Source: a virus (taxonomy: Duplodnaviria > Heunggongvirae > Uroviricota > Caudoviricetes). From it: a DNA stretch of 64,000 bases. The translations under genes and the position numbers were made by a program. Of the stretch, positions 38,786 through 48,451 are shown one piece after another. Where the stretch lies: the IMG/VR virus record IMGVR_UViG_3300042482_001246, one strand, 5' to 3'. Positions within the stretch are counted from its first letter, which is position 1. Each line of letters opens with the position of its first letter. The notes below the pieces were generated by a model. That model was not told the DNA's origin. It did not search any database and saw nothing but the letters and a program-made list of their open reading frames with translations.

Positions 38786-39028
38786 ATGAAAAAGTTTTTA
38801 TTGGTTTTAATGATGGGTTTATTATTCACACCATCATTCGCTCAAGGCGGAAAAGGAAAGAAGAAACACAAGACACAACAAAATACAGAAGTTGTGTCAG
38901 AAGTGCGACCAATTCATAGACAACGTTGGGTTGAAAGGGATGGTGAGTATTATGTCATCGTTTCAAGAACCACAATAAGTAAAGAAGATTATCTAAGACT
39001 TAGAGAGCTTCAGAGAAACAATCACTGA
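38786..39028 (+). CDS. small secreted basic protein
   Basis: Signal peptide MKKFLLVLMMGLLFTPSFAQ, 80 aa. Confidence 0.5.
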   Translation: MKKFLLVLMMGLLFTPSFAQGGKGKKKHKTQQNTEVVSEVRPIHRQRWVERDGEYYVIVSRTTISKEDYLRLRELQRNNH

Positions 39029-39211
39029 TAACAGTTTTTGTATGGGCGACAAGACGCTTTTTGAGAAAACCCCATCTTGCTACACGGGGTTTTTTTACAA
39101 TATGATTGACTCCACTTACGAGGTTTTTTGAAATTAGATTTACTTGCCTCGTTTGTTTGAATATATTCTTTAATAATTGATTTAATTAAATCTCTCATAA
39201 TAATAAATACT

Positions 39212-39349
39212 ATGGCTTGTCAAGATTGTAAAAAAGGTTCACCAATAAGATTAACTAAAAATCAGTGGTTGTCATTGATTGCCGGAGCATATATGGTTAG
39301 TGCTACGATATACACCACTTATGTTATTTTTCGTTGGCTTCTAAAGTAG
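39212..39349 (+). CDS. tiny CxxC plus TM protein
   Basis: 45 aa, MACQDCKKG... followed by a hydrophobic helix. Convergent with and overlapping the dnaJ-like 3' end. Low confidence. Confidence 0.25.
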   Translation: MACQDCKKGSPIRLTKNQWLSLIAGAYMVSATIYTTYVIFRWLLK

Positions 39350-40259
39350 CCTTATCGAACTTAACACTTAATTTAACATACATATACGCCCCGTTGAATC
39401 CTTTACCTTTTAATCTCAACGGTACGTTACTATCAAACACTTTAGGTGCGGCAACTTTCAATTCACCATCGGGATGTGGGATAGTATAATAATCCTCAGT
39501 TAAATCTTTATAATCCAATACGAGATTATAAATCAAATCATCCCCCATTTTTTGAAATCCTTCTGATTCAACAATTTCTATTTTTAAGATTAAATCTCCA
39601 TACATACCTTGTTGGAAGTCACCCTTTTGGTCCATCTTGAAGAACTGACCTTCATCAACCCCTTTAGGTAAGTTTACACTTATACTTTCAAATTTCTTTG
39701 TTGTACCAACACCAGAACAATTACTACAGAATCTGGCTAAATTATACCCTTTACCCTGACATTGTGGACAAGCACTTCTAACTTGTTGTTGGAAGAATCC
39801 TGAACCAAGGATTTGAGTGATAGCACCTGTGCCACCACATCCATTACAACCAACTCTATCACCACCAGAACCTGAACAACTATTACAAGCAACATCTCTT
39901 TGGTAACTTAAGTTTTTAGTAACCCCCTTATAAGATTCTAAAACACTGACATCAACCTTTAAAACTTTATCAGGAACTTTTCTATGTCTTGGATTACCTC
40001 TCCCCCCATTTTGAAACATCTCTCTAAAAAAGTCCTCAAATTGAGAACCTGCAAAGGGATTGTTTTGTGAGTTAAGATATGATTCTTTTTTAGACGGATT
40101 TGATAATATATCATACGCCTCGGCGATTTCTTTAAACTTTTCAGCACCTTCAGGGTTTACATCTGGGTGATATTGTTTACTTAATTTCCTATACGCTTTT
40201 TTGATTTCATCGTCAGACGCGTTTTCAGAAACACCTAAAATTTCGAAATAATTTTTCAT
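39324..40259 (-). CDS. dnaJ: DnaJ-like co-chaperone (J domain plus Cys-rich zinc-finger)
   Basis: NYFEILGV...YRKLSKQYHPDVNP carries the HPD motif. Four CxxCxGxG-type repeats follow (CNSCSGSGG, CNGCGGTG, CPQCQGKG, CSNCSGVG). Confidence 0.85.
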   Translation of the reverse strand: MKNYFEILGVSENASDDEIKKAYRKLSKQYHPDVNPEGAEKFKEIAEAYDILSNPSKKESYLNSQNNPFAGSQFEDFFREMFQNGGRGNPRHRKVPDKVLKVDVSVLESYKGVTKNLSYQRDVACNSCSGSGGDRVGCNGCGGTGAITQILGSGFFQQQVRSACPQCQGKGYNLARFCSNCSGVGTTKKFESISVNLPKGVDEGQFFKMDQKGDFQQGMYGDLILKIEIVESEGFQKMGDDLIYNLVLDYKDLTEDYYTIPHPDGELKVAAPKVFDSNVPLRLKGKGFNGAYMYVKLSVKFDKATLEANEK

Positions 40260-40270
40260 TCAGCTATTAT

Positions 40271-40912
40271 ATGAACTTCTATATTGTATTGTTTAAGGAT
40301 AAGACTAAGAAAAAGATAATAAAGAAATTTTCTAATTCAAAAAAAGCCGAGGATTTTTATAACGAAATGTTAAAAGAAAATAAAAGTGTTATTTTTGAAA
40401 AGTTATTTGATAACGGGAAACCCTCAAAATACGACATTGGTTTATTGTCAGATAAAAAACCAAAATCAAATCAAATCTATATTCAAGATGAGATTGGTAG
40501 AAATATTAAAGTAACATTTGAGGATGATTCTTTTACCGCAATAAAAATATCACCATACAAAGTTGAAGAAACTATATTCGATATTTCCAATAATAAAAAA
40601 ATATCAATAACCGATTTTGTTTCCTTATTAAAAAAGGACGATAGTTTAAAAGTTATCTATCCTCTTAACAACAAAATTATATTGCAAAATGATGATAACT
40701 TAAAACTATTCTCATTAAAAAGTGAGAGTGAATGTATGAGGTTCATTGAGTGTTTATCTGAACATATCTACACTCAAAAAAGAAAAGATTGTATGTTTGT
40801 GAATGATACTTCCAAACCTCAAAAGAAATATCTAATTAAATTACTTTCAGAATATGGGTTTGATAAAAAAATGTTATACCGTAAACACACTACTTATCCT
40901 CGGTCAACATAA
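40271..40912 (+). CDS. hypothetical protein (plus strand)
   Basis: 213 aa, Lys/Asn-rich. Confidence 0.5.
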   Translation: MNFYIVLFKDKTKKKIIKKFSNSKKAEDFYNEMLKENKSVIFEKLFDNGKPSKYDIGLLSDKKPKSNQIYIQDEIGRNIKVTFEDDSFTAIKISPYKVEETIFDISNNKKISITDFVSLLKKDDSLKVIYPLNNKIILQNDDNLKLFSLKSESECMRFIECLSEHIYTQKRKDCMFVNDTSKPQKKYLIKLLSEYGFDKKMLYRKHTTYPRST

Positions 40913-41120
40913 AATGAAAATCAACCCCTGATATTTCAACAGTAAACTGGTTGTGATGTCTGTCAATTTCCCTGAATTTTCCAATCATTTTACTATAGTC
41001 TTCTTTATTTAATTCAAAAACAACTATTGTGTCACCTTCAGGAAAAAGGTCAACCAAATAATCAGACAGTAATGCCATCTTTCCTAATTCGTCCAGAGAA
41101 TTCTCTTTATCTTGCTCCAT
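40890..41120 (-). CDS. small hypothetical protein
   Basis: 76 aa. Overlaps the next ORF in another frame. Confidence 0.35.
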   Translation of the reverse strand: MEQDKENSLDELGKMALLSDYLVDLFPEGDTIVVFELNKEDYSKMIGKFREIDRHHNQFTVEISGVDFHFMLTEDK

Positions 41121-41266
41121 AATGTTTCTTTTGGTTTGACGAATAATTCATCTTTTTTTAGTTTTTTAAGTTCTTCAGCGAACTTAGTCTTTTCGTTGTT
41201 TAACTCGGCTTGGTCTTTATCAATTTCCTTCTTCAGCCAGTTCAACATTTTCTCCTCGTGGCTCAT
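41084..41266 (-). CDS. small coiled-coil hypothetical protein
   Basis: 60 aa. Overlaps ORFs on both sides in different frames. Confidence 0.3.
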   Translation of the reverse strand: MSHEEKMLNWLKKEIDKDQAELNNEKTKFAEELKKLKKDELFVKPKETLWSKIKRILWTN

Positions 41267-41657
41267 CTATAATATCAAGTAATTGTGGTTTATCTCCAAA
41301 CTCAAATTGTAAGGTCTTTAAAGTGTCTAAATCTCTCTTAGCAAAAGTTTCTTTAAGTTGTTGTACCGCAAGATTGAATAATTCATCTTTCATTTCACGT
41401 TCCTTATTCAATCTAATAACTTTATTGATACCTGTAATTGTTTTCTCAAAAGATATTTCACTCATTTCACAGACAAAACTAATTCCTTTCATATTTTCCA
41501 CGCCAGAATCAAATGGAACAATACTACAAATCTCTTGAATTGATTTTGGTAATCCCCAATTTGAGGGGAAGGCTAAGTCTATAGACATATAAGTCTCAAG
41601 TTTTCTCATTGAGACAAAGTAACTCCCGAAGGATTCTATGTGTTGGTATAAGTTCAT
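41220..41657 (-). CDS. hypothetical protein
   Basis: 145 aa. Confidence 0.5.
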   Translation of the reverse strand: MNLYQHIESFGSYFVSMRKLETYMSIDLAFPSNWGLPKSIQEICSIVPFDSGVENMKGISFVCEMSEISFEKTITGINKVIRLNKEREMKDELFNLAVQQLKETFAKRDLDTLKTLQFEFGDKPQLLDIIDEPRGENVELAEEGN

Positions 41658-41697
41658 ACTTGTAAAATATAGGTTAAAATATAACTAATAGAAAGCC

Positions 41698-41757
41698 CAA
41701 AAAACAATAAGTCCCTGTTAGATAACTTAAGTTCGTTTCCTAACAGGGCCCCTATTA
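41698..41757 (-). terminator. long-loop hairpin plus T-run, candidate terminator
   Basis: ccctgttag ... ctaacaggg is a 9 bp stem. A T-rich tract follows on the minus sense. Confidence 0.35.
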
Positions 41758-41836
41758 ATCTTACGAGGTTCCTTAAACTAACCAATATTGAAAATATAAA
41801 CACAAATAAAAAAATAGTGTTAATATTCAACATAAC

Positions 41837-42010
41837 TTAGTCTTTTTTACTCTCATCCAAAATCTCTACGCGAAGTTGTTGTAACAAAGCTTTCAATTCT
41901 TGACAAGTCTTTCTAGCTCTTGTACCGGCACTTTTATTACCTTTGTAGAACTTCTCCGTGTCAAACGATAGAGTTTCGGTTAAATCTTTAATTTGCTTCA
42001 AAGTTTCCAT
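41837..42010 (-). CDS. Hc1-like (histone H1-like) small DNA-binding protein
   Basis: 57 aa ORF below the track cutoff: METLKQIKDLTETLSFDTEKFYKGNKSAGTRARKTCQELKALLQQLRVEILDESKKD. The KGNKSAGTRARK...ELK core resembles the chlamydial/Bacteroidota Hc1 N-domain (KGNKAAAQRVR...KLEK). Confidence 0.45.
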   Translation of the reverse strand: METLKQIKDLTETLSFDTEKFYKGNKSAGTRARKTCQELKALLQQLRVEILDESKKD

Positions 42011-42081
42011 TTTCAATTAAAAATAAAATCTGTTTATTTGTTGGTTTAATTATAATATAGATTAAACCATAATCAACCCAA

Positions 42082-42546
42082 TTATAAATGAATTACAGAA
42101 CGATTAAATAGTTTATAAACCTCTGTTAATATATCCAGGTCAGATTTAACAAAAGTTTTGTCTAAGTCAAATAAGTCTTTTACAAATAAGTTGATTGATT
42201 TTCTGATGTTCTCATCTTTTTGATTATAAAAGCTGTCGTTCATAAACACCTTCATATAATCTTTATGTTCACCATCAGAATCTATGAGAATATTTTCCTT
42301 TTGGAAGTTTTCTAATATTTTGTTCCAACACCAATTAAAGTGATTTGTTATATCTTCTTCAGAAAATTTAATTTTAGTTTCTAATGTGTCGTCACCAAGA
42401 TATGTTGTTACCACTAATGTGGTTAAAGATTCAACAATATCATTAAATAACTCAACCCTTTCAGGTATCATATTATGGATATTAAACCATATCTCAACGT
42501 CTTCCTTTGGCACAGGTTGGGTTATCCAATTATAAAAATTCTCCAT
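42082..42546 (-). CDS. hypothetical protein
   Basis: 154 aa. Confidence 0.5.
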   Translation of the reverse strand: MENFYNWITQPVPKEDVEIWFNIHNMIPERVELFNDIVESLTTLVVTTYLGDDTLETKIKFSEEDITNHFNWCWNKILENFQKENILIDSDGEHKDYMKVFMNDSFYNQKDENIRKSINLFVKDLFDLDKTFVKSDLDILTEVYKLFNRSVIHL

Positions 42547-42592
42547 AGTTTCCTATGGAGAATCATAAAATCAAATTATATTAATTGTAGTG

Positions 42593-44332
42593 TTATTGAG
42601 TTTTTTTGTTATAATCAACAAGACTTTTCATTTTTTGAATCTCTTCAGAAATTAATTTCTCTTGTTTATTTTCTTTACTCTCACCTAATTTTTTGAAGAT
42701 GTCTTGTGATTTTTTAGCACCTTTCTTAAGTTTCAAATCACCTTGTTCTGTTGACTCACCAGCTTGGTCCACAGGTTGTGGATATCTCTTATAAGACGCG
42801 TTCATTTGTTCTGCACCATAAACATTATCCTCAAAGTTTTTATACATCTTTTCACCAAGTTCTGATGGAACAACATTACCTAAAGCATTCCCATCTTTGT
42901 CAACTTGAGCATTACCCGTTTTAGATGAACCTTTTAAGTTAGCCTCAATCCACTCATCATTTGGTTTAATCTCGTCATAAACCAAATTAGTCATACCAGG
43001 ATATGCAAAATCGTCAATGTATTCCTCAACAGCATCTGAAGCTTTATAAGCTTTCTTAGGTGTTTCTTTCATTTCACCGTTACCCCTTGGGAATTTCTTA
43101 GGTTCCATATCATATTCACCTTCAGAAGCATCTTTTAAATACTCTTTCATCTTCTTAACAGTGTCTTTGATGTGTTTGTCATTAACCTCTTTGTTTTTCT
43201 TTTCAACCTTATTGAAATCGGGTTCAACTGAAGAACTTTTTTTACTAATATTTGATTGTTCCATTACAATTCTTTCAATTAAATCAATTATTTCATTTTC
43301 AGTCAATTTAACACTTTCATTAACTTTAGCTTTACCTTTACCAGGCCAATCTTTTTTAGCTCTTTTTGCAAAGTATAATTGACTCATTTTTGTCTTATCA
43401 GTATGTGGTACTTTCTTACCATCATCTTTTAATTTCTGAGTCTTGTCTTTCAATTTTTTGATTGCCTTATCTAAATCATCAATTGTCATATCAGAATATT
43501 GACCAGTTTGTTTAACATCAACATTTCCTTTCCACTTTTCAGTAACTTCATATTTTTTACCGTCAACAGTAAAACTATCTTTACCTTCTTTCTTAGCCTT
43601 TGCTAAAGCCCCTGAGAATGCATTACCTTCTTCAGTCTCTCCTTGTTCACCCATTCTTTGTTTTTTTATATCCGAGTAAACACCAATAACTTTAGATGGT
43701 CTACCATCAAACTCATCTCTATCTTCTTCACCAATATCCATTCTTTTTTTACGTAATTTCAATGGTCCCCATTTGTCACGATATGTGTTAAATATTCTTC
43801 TACCACTATCACTTTGGTCTCCACTTTGAAACCACCTTTGATTGCCAGCCTTTTCAGTAAATGAATCATAATCATCAAACTCTTCCTCGTCATAATCAAA
43901 ATCAAAACCACCAGTGTACTCTCTATCCCTTTCATCAGTCCAATACTCTTTATCACCTCTGTTTTGACCTAAAAATTTACTTTCATTGAATTCTTTAGCA
44001 ACTTTCTTTTCGTAATTGTATCCTACATTTTTAACCTTGCCTACTTTTTTAGGACTATCAGTTTCAAAATCACCGTAAGGTTTAACCCCTTCAATGTCAT
44101 CATCACCCATAGTGTATTCTTTCATAGGTTTTTTCTTACGTAGAAGTTTGAAGTCCCCAGCATCTATTTTATTATTCTTGTTCTTGTCTAACTCACTTTG
44201 TCTACCGTGTAGTTTTTCAGTGGTTTCAACTTTTTTGGCAATTTCAGAAACAATTTGGTCAGCCTTAGCCTCCAAAGCTTCATTTAATGCTTTTTCAACG
44301 ATGTTGTCAATATATTTTGAAAAATTGTCCAT
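42593..44332 (-). CDS. large Lys/Glu/Asp-rich low-complexity protein (possible virion internal/scaffold-like)
   Basis: 579 aa of highly charged sequence, preceded by a TATTTATAAT late-motif variant. Confidence 0.55.
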   Translation of the reverse strand: MDNFSKYIDNIVEKALNEALEAKADQIVSEIAKKVETTEKLHGRQSELDKNKNNKIDAGDFKLLRKKKPMKEYTMGDDDIEGVKPYGDFETDSPKKVGKVKNVGYNYEKKVAKEFNESKFLGQNRGDKEYWTDERDREYTGGFDFDYDEEEFDDYDSFTEKAGNQRWFQSGDQSDSGRRIFNTYRDKWGPLKLRKKRMDIGEEDRDEFDGRPSKVIGVYSDIKKQRMGEQGETEEGNAFSGALAKAKKEGKDSFTVDGKKYEVTEKWKGNVDVKQTGQYSDMTIDDLDKAIKKLKDKTQKLKDDGKKVPHTDKTKMSQLYFAKRAKKDWPGKGKAKVNESVKLTENEIIDLIERIVMEQSNISKKSSSVEPDFNKVEKKNKEVNDKHIKDTVKKMKEYLKDASEGEYDMEPKKFPRGNGEMKETPKKAYKASDAVEEYIDDFAYPGMTNLVYDEIKPNDEWIEANLKGSSKTGNAQVDKDGNALGNVVPSELGEKMYKNFEDNVYGAEQMNASYKRYPQPVDQAGESTEQGDLKLKKGAKKSQDIFKKLGESKENKQEKLISEEIQKMKSLVDYNKKTQ

Positions 44333-44372
44333 ACGATTTTTAATTATAAATATCCACGATTATGTAATCGTT

Positions 44373-45344
44373 TTATTTTTTGTTTTTAGTTTTTAGATTG
44401 TAATAAAGTATCTTTTTGATTATTTGTTCATCAACACCCAATTTTTGACTAGCCGAATTAATTGCTTCTTTAACTGAACCATTTTCAAAAATTTTAACTG
44501 CACCTGCCCCTTGATTACAATAGGGAAAGGTCAAACATTTCTTTTTGACCTTAACAAACTTTCCTCCTTTATAAATTGGTTTCTTACCCCCTCTCCAGTT
44601 TTTCTTATTTTTAGCAATAAATGCCGGTGTTGAGTAAGCTCCTACTGAGGCTGACGTAGTTGCTTCTGTTGCTTCAACCTTTTCTATATCACCTTCTTTA
44701 CTCTCAATCTTAGATAATTTTGTATAGTAATGTGGGTCTTCATATAAATGGTCTTTTGCAATCTCCATTGCAATTTTAATACTATCGGTATGTTCTAATT
44801 CAGTTTTAACACCCTTAACAAGTTCTTTCTTTAAGGTTTTAAACACATCTTCAATTTCACCCTTCATTTTACCTTTAGAGTGCATTTTAGCAATATCCTT
44901 AAGTGTTTTACCTTTGGCTAAACCACCAGGTATCTTTTCAGTTTCATTTGTTTCCTCTTTAGTAAATAATGGTGCTGAAAATGGACCTGCAGATGATGCA
45001 CCTGTTGCCTCATCAGCCTCTATTTTATTAACCCTACCATATTTTTTCTTTTTTACAAATGGGTCATTAGACGCCGCATTTGGAACACCGTAACTGTATT
45101 GGTCACCAGTGTCTTTATCGTGTTTTCTAGATTTTTTCTTAAACTCAACAAAATCAGAATCTAATTTCAAATCTTCTTTGAATTTATTTTTAGCATCTTC
45201 GTATTCAGATTCTTTTGTCTCACCCTCCATATTCATAGAATATTTCAAAGCATCCCCAATAGTGTCAGAATTTAATTTGACATTCGGCTGTGATGTATAA
45301 GCCGCCATAATACCTTTTTTAAATAAATCTGAACTACTTCTCAT
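44373..45344 (-). CDS. Lys-rich hypothetical protein
   Basis: 323 aa. Confidence 0.55.
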   Translation of the reverse strand: MRSSSDLFKKGIMAAYTSQPNVKLNSDTIGDALKYSMNMEGETKESEYEDAKNKFKEDLKLDSDFVEFKKKSRKHDKDTGDQYSYGVPNAASNDPFVKKKKYGRVNKIEADEATGASSAGPFSAPLFTKEETNETEKIPGGLAKGKTLKDIAKMHSKGKMKGEIEDVFKTLKKELVKGVKTELEHTDSIKIAMEIAKDHLYEDPHYYTKLSKIESKEGDIEKVEATEATTSASVGAYSTPAFIAKNKKNWRGGKKPIYKGGKFVKVKKKCLTFPYCNQGAGAVKIFENGSVKEAINSASQKLGVDEQIIKKILYYNLKTKNKK

Positions 45345-45345
45345 C

Positions 45346-45591
45346 TTATGCGTTTCTTAATCTTGGTTCCCAATATGAACGGTTCATCCACATAAATTGG
45401 TAGAACTCTCTAAACATTCTTAAAGTAATATCTTTAATGTCTCCTTGAAGTTTACCTCTTTTTATTTCTTTGGCAATCGTGTCCATCATTTTGTCTTCGA
45501 ATTGCTTAATAGTATTAGTATTCATAAAGCTCTTTATTTCTTTACGAATTAATACCTCTATTTCTTTTACGTCTGAACTTGTTAGTGCCAT
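45346..45591 (-). CDS. small hypothetical protein
   Basis: 81 aa. Confidence 0.45.
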   Translation of the reverse strand: MALTSSDVKEIEVLIRKEIKSFMNTNTIKQFEDKMMDTIAKEIKRGKLQGDIKDITLRMFREFYQFMWMNRSYWEPRLRNA

Positions 45592-46019
45592 TACTTTGTT
45601 ATGTATAAATAACTCAAAGTCAGAATTATTGCTCCTGAAATTATCTGAGAAAAAGTTTTTTTTGTTTTAACTTTTCTTAATTCTTTTTGAGTGGTTTTTA
45701 TCTCATCGTTTAAGATTTCATTTTTTCTTTTTTCACTTTCAACTAAGGTAATGTAATTATCCTCTTTTGACTTTAGTTTTTGTATTACTGAATCTTGATA
45801 AGTAACTTTTAATTCTAATTGTGTGATTTGAATATTAGCCAAAGATAATTGAGCAATCGCCGAATCACCCCTCATCAAATCTTTAACAACCTCTCTAGCA
45901 ACTTTAACAGGTAAAACTACTACCTGGCTATCTTTACTTTGAGTAACGGTCTGTGAAAAACTTGGTAAGCTCAGTGTCAGTAAAATTACTAACAGAATTA
46001 ATCTTTTTACCATATTCAT
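45591..46019 (-). CDS. signal-peptide protein with C-terminal TM anchor (lysis-accessory candidate)
   Basis: MNMVKRLILLVILLTLSLPSFSQ signal, a coiled-coil middle and a hydrophobic C-terminus. Overlaps the next ORF by 86 nt in another frame. Confidence 0.45.
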   Translation of the reverse strand: MNMVKRLILLVILLTLSLPSFSQTVTQSKDSQVVVLPVKVAREVVKDLMRGDSAIAQLSLANIQITQLELKVTYQDSVIQKLKSKEDNYITLVESEKRKNEILNDEIKTTQKELRKVKTKKTFSQIISGAIILTLSYLYITK

Positions 46020-46302
46020 TCCCTACTTTAATTCTAATCTCTTTTATTTGTTGTATACTGTTGTTTGTCTCTTCAATTTTAACTTCATACTTTTCAATCT
46101 CAGTTTGTAGTTTCTCTTGTTTTTTTTCGATATTTTCAATCTTATTATTTAACTCTCTAATTTCAAAACGAGCTTCTTCACTCATCTTACTTAAAGGTGT
46201 TAAAACAAAAATCATCCAATACAATATAAAAAGACACACAACAAATATTAATATAGATTTGTAGTTGTTCTTAATATATGATATGATTAGATTACTCTTC
46301 AT
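45934..46302 (-). CDS. type-II membrane coiled-coil protein (i-spanin-like architecture)
   Basis: N-terminal TM helix followed by a long heptad region. Confidence 0.4.
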   Translation of the reverse strand: MKSNLIISYIKNNYKSILIFVVCLFILYWMIFVLTPLSKMSEEARFEIRELNNKIENIEKKQEKLQTEIEKYEVKIEETNNSIQQIKEIRIKVGNEYGKKINSVSNFTDTELTKFFTDRYSK

Positions 46303-46867
46303 CTTGTGTTGTTTGTTTTCTTGAAGCTAAAACCCTCGACCACTTAACTTTAAATTTATCGTAAAAACTTTTTAACTTATTAATTGTTTCTAAAGTCTCA
46401 TCATCAACTTTCAACATATTCCCGTTGATGTAAGTACCACTACTTTCACCAATAGTATAAATAAAATCAATATCTTTATCGATAATTTTACCTGACCATT
46501 CAACAGTAGTTGGGTATAGGTTTAATTGATTAAAATCTGAAAGGTCTGAAACCTCTTCAGAGAAGTCATCCATAGTCTCTTGGAAAGCAACTTTATCGTC
46601 AGTTGTAATGTCTGTATCAGATTTTTCTTTTCCGTGAATGGCTAGTATCCCACCTGATATTCTATATTTTTGGACATACTCATCGTCAGCCTCTTTTTCT
46701 TTACCATTCTCAGCAGTATCGTATTCATCCTGTTCGATTTCATCTTCGATACTCTTACCAATATTCATTGGTCCAAGTTTTTCGGCGTTTAATTGTTCCA
46801 TCACCAATCTTGATGTCTTTAACAAGTCTTTAATTTCGTCGTACCTATTGTTCGCTAAGTTGTTCAT
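46292..46867 (-). CDS. hypothetical acidic protein
   Basis: 191 aa. Confidence 0.5.
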   Translation of the reverse strand: MNNLANNRYDEIKDLLKTSRLVMEQLNAEKLGPMNIGKSIEDEIEQDEYDTAENGKEKEADDEYVQKYRISGGILAIHGKEKSDTDITTDDKVAFQETMDDFSEEVSDLSDFNQLNLYPTTVEWSGKIIDKDIDFIYTIGESSGTYINGNMLKVDDETLETINKLKSFYDKFKVKWSRVLASRKQTTQDEE

Positions 46868-47456
46868 CTTCTATTTGTTTTTTGAATGATGTGAAAGGAA
46901 ATGCAGGACTTAAATCTGTAAATCTTTGGTCATAATTACTTCTTGAAACTATTCCCTTGAAGTTTTCGATGCCATCGAATTTTGTATTATGCCCTACGAA
47001 TTTATTTGGTATTGAAAATTTCTCACACAACATTTTACAAAGTTCAACAGATTTCTCGATTTGAACATCCGTGTATGGTTGCCAAAAGAAATAGTCTCTC
47101 CACTTCTTTTCATATACATTATCTTTATAAATATTACCAATCCAATTCAAGTAGTGTTCAGAAAGAGGTTTTTTATTTAACCATCCATAGTTTTCAAAAC
47201 AAACAATTATATGATTTTTTTTAATCCTATCATTAATTAAAAAATCACTAGTGTAATTCGGTGATAATATCTCTAATACTCTACCTTCTCGAGTTATTAG
47301 ATAGTGAGGTAACTTAGTATAGTTACCCCCCATTCTAAACTTAAGGGAGGTCAAGTATTCACTTGCCTCCCTTGATGTATGACAGAGCACAATCTGTCTT
47401 TTTTCTTTAAGTTTTTTTTGTGTCTTAAATTTACCGTAAACGATTACTTCATCCAT
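46845..47456 (-). CDS. N-acetylmuramoyl-L-alanine amidase (amidase_2/PGRP, T7-lysozyme-like)
   Basis: IVLCHTSREAS ... HYLITREGRVLEI parallels T7 lysozyme AIFVHCSAT ... YHFIIKRDGTVE. Confidence 0.6.
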   Translation of the reverse strand: MDEVIVYGKFKTQKKLKEKRQIVLCHTSREASEYLTSLKFRMGGNYTKLPHYLITREGRVLEILSPNYTSDFLINDRIKKNHIIVCFENYGWLNKKPLSEHYLNWIGNIYKDNVYEKKWRDYFFWQPYTDVQIEKSVELCKMLCEKFSIPNKFVGHNTKFDGIENFKGIVSRSNYDQRFTDLSPAFPFTSFKKQIEDEQLSEQ

Positions 47457-48129
47457 TTCGTCCTGTATAGGATAGTCGGTTTATATTGTTTTGTTCTTCG
47501 GATAAATTTTCAAACTTTTTCCTGTTCATTTCATCAAGAAGTTTTTGTAGTCTTTCAATCTCTTCTTGTGACGCTTTTAACCTTTCATTCTCATCTCTTT
47601 CGAATTCTTTCTTAGCAACTTCTTTCGATATTTCGTCAATGTCAACGTCAGGTGGTAAAGTTTTCTTATCCTGTTCCTCAAATTTAACTAACATATGTAA
47701 AAACGAAAGAGAAATTAGTGGTAACATACCACCAGCAAAGAACGCTAAGAATCTTTTATGTGACACAAGGTTACCAGATTCAACTCCAATATATGAAACG
47801 AGAGGGTCTGTCATTTCAACCCAACTCTTGAACATATCTCCATTCATATCAATATACTGATAAGCAAAAAATATGTTACCAATAAATTGTATTAATGTTA
47901 CAATACCAAATGGTAAATAAACTTTTCTACCCATTTGTGCTGATATTGCAGCAAGTGCTGACAACGCAGCAATTTCAATACCTACTGATAGATAGATTGC
48001 CCAAGTAACAGGATTACTTATTCCATACCAAGTAGTAACGTGAGATATTGAAACAAATGCAACTGTTAGAATTGGAATCAAAAATGCAAAGTAGATGATT
48101 TTTTTAAAATTCCTTTGTATCCAATTCAT
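47449..48129 (-). CDS. multi-pass membrane protein (holin-like/lysis-associated candidate)
   Basis: Four or more hydrophobic helices, then a charged coiled-coil tail. Confidence 0.5.
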   Translation of the reverse strand: MNWIQRNFKKIIYFAFLIPILTVAFVSISHVTTWYGISNPVTWAIYLSVGIEIAALSALAAISAQMGRKVYLPFGIVTLIQFIGNIFFAYQYIDMNGDMFKSWVEMTDPLVSYIGVESGNLVSHKRFLAFFAGGMLPLISLSFLHMLVKFEEQDKKTLPPDVDIDEISKEVAKKEFERDENERLKASQEEIERLQKLLDEMNRKKFENLSEEQNNINRLSYTGRNG

Positions 48130-48131
48130 AG

Positions 48132-48419
48132 TTATTTCATTTTAGCTTCTAATGACGAAATTTCATTGTCAATTTGAGTTTGTCTATTAACATCTAAAAT
48201 TTTTCTATCAGTTGATTGAATCATTCTTTTTTCGGATTTCAACCCTTCAATCTGAAGTCTTAAATTCAATTCTTCTTTAGTGTATGTGGAGTCTTTGATT
48301 ACACCAATCTCTTTTCTAATTTTTGACAACTCACGAGTGTCTCCACAACTTTTGAAGAAACTCAACACCGCAATTACCAAAACAATCACAGTGAAATTCT
48401 TTTTAATAAATTCTTTCAT
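48132..48419 (-). CDS. single-TM coiled-coil protein
   Basis: N-terminal signal-anchor, 95 aa. Confidence 0.45.
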   Translation of the reverse strand: MKEFIKKNFTVIVLVIAVLSFFKSCGDTRELSKIRKEIGVIKDSTYTKEELNLRLQIEGLKSEKRMIQSTDRKILDVNRQTQIDNEISSLEAKMK

Positions 48420-48451
48420 AGTTTTTTTTTATAAATAAATATCCAAAAATC

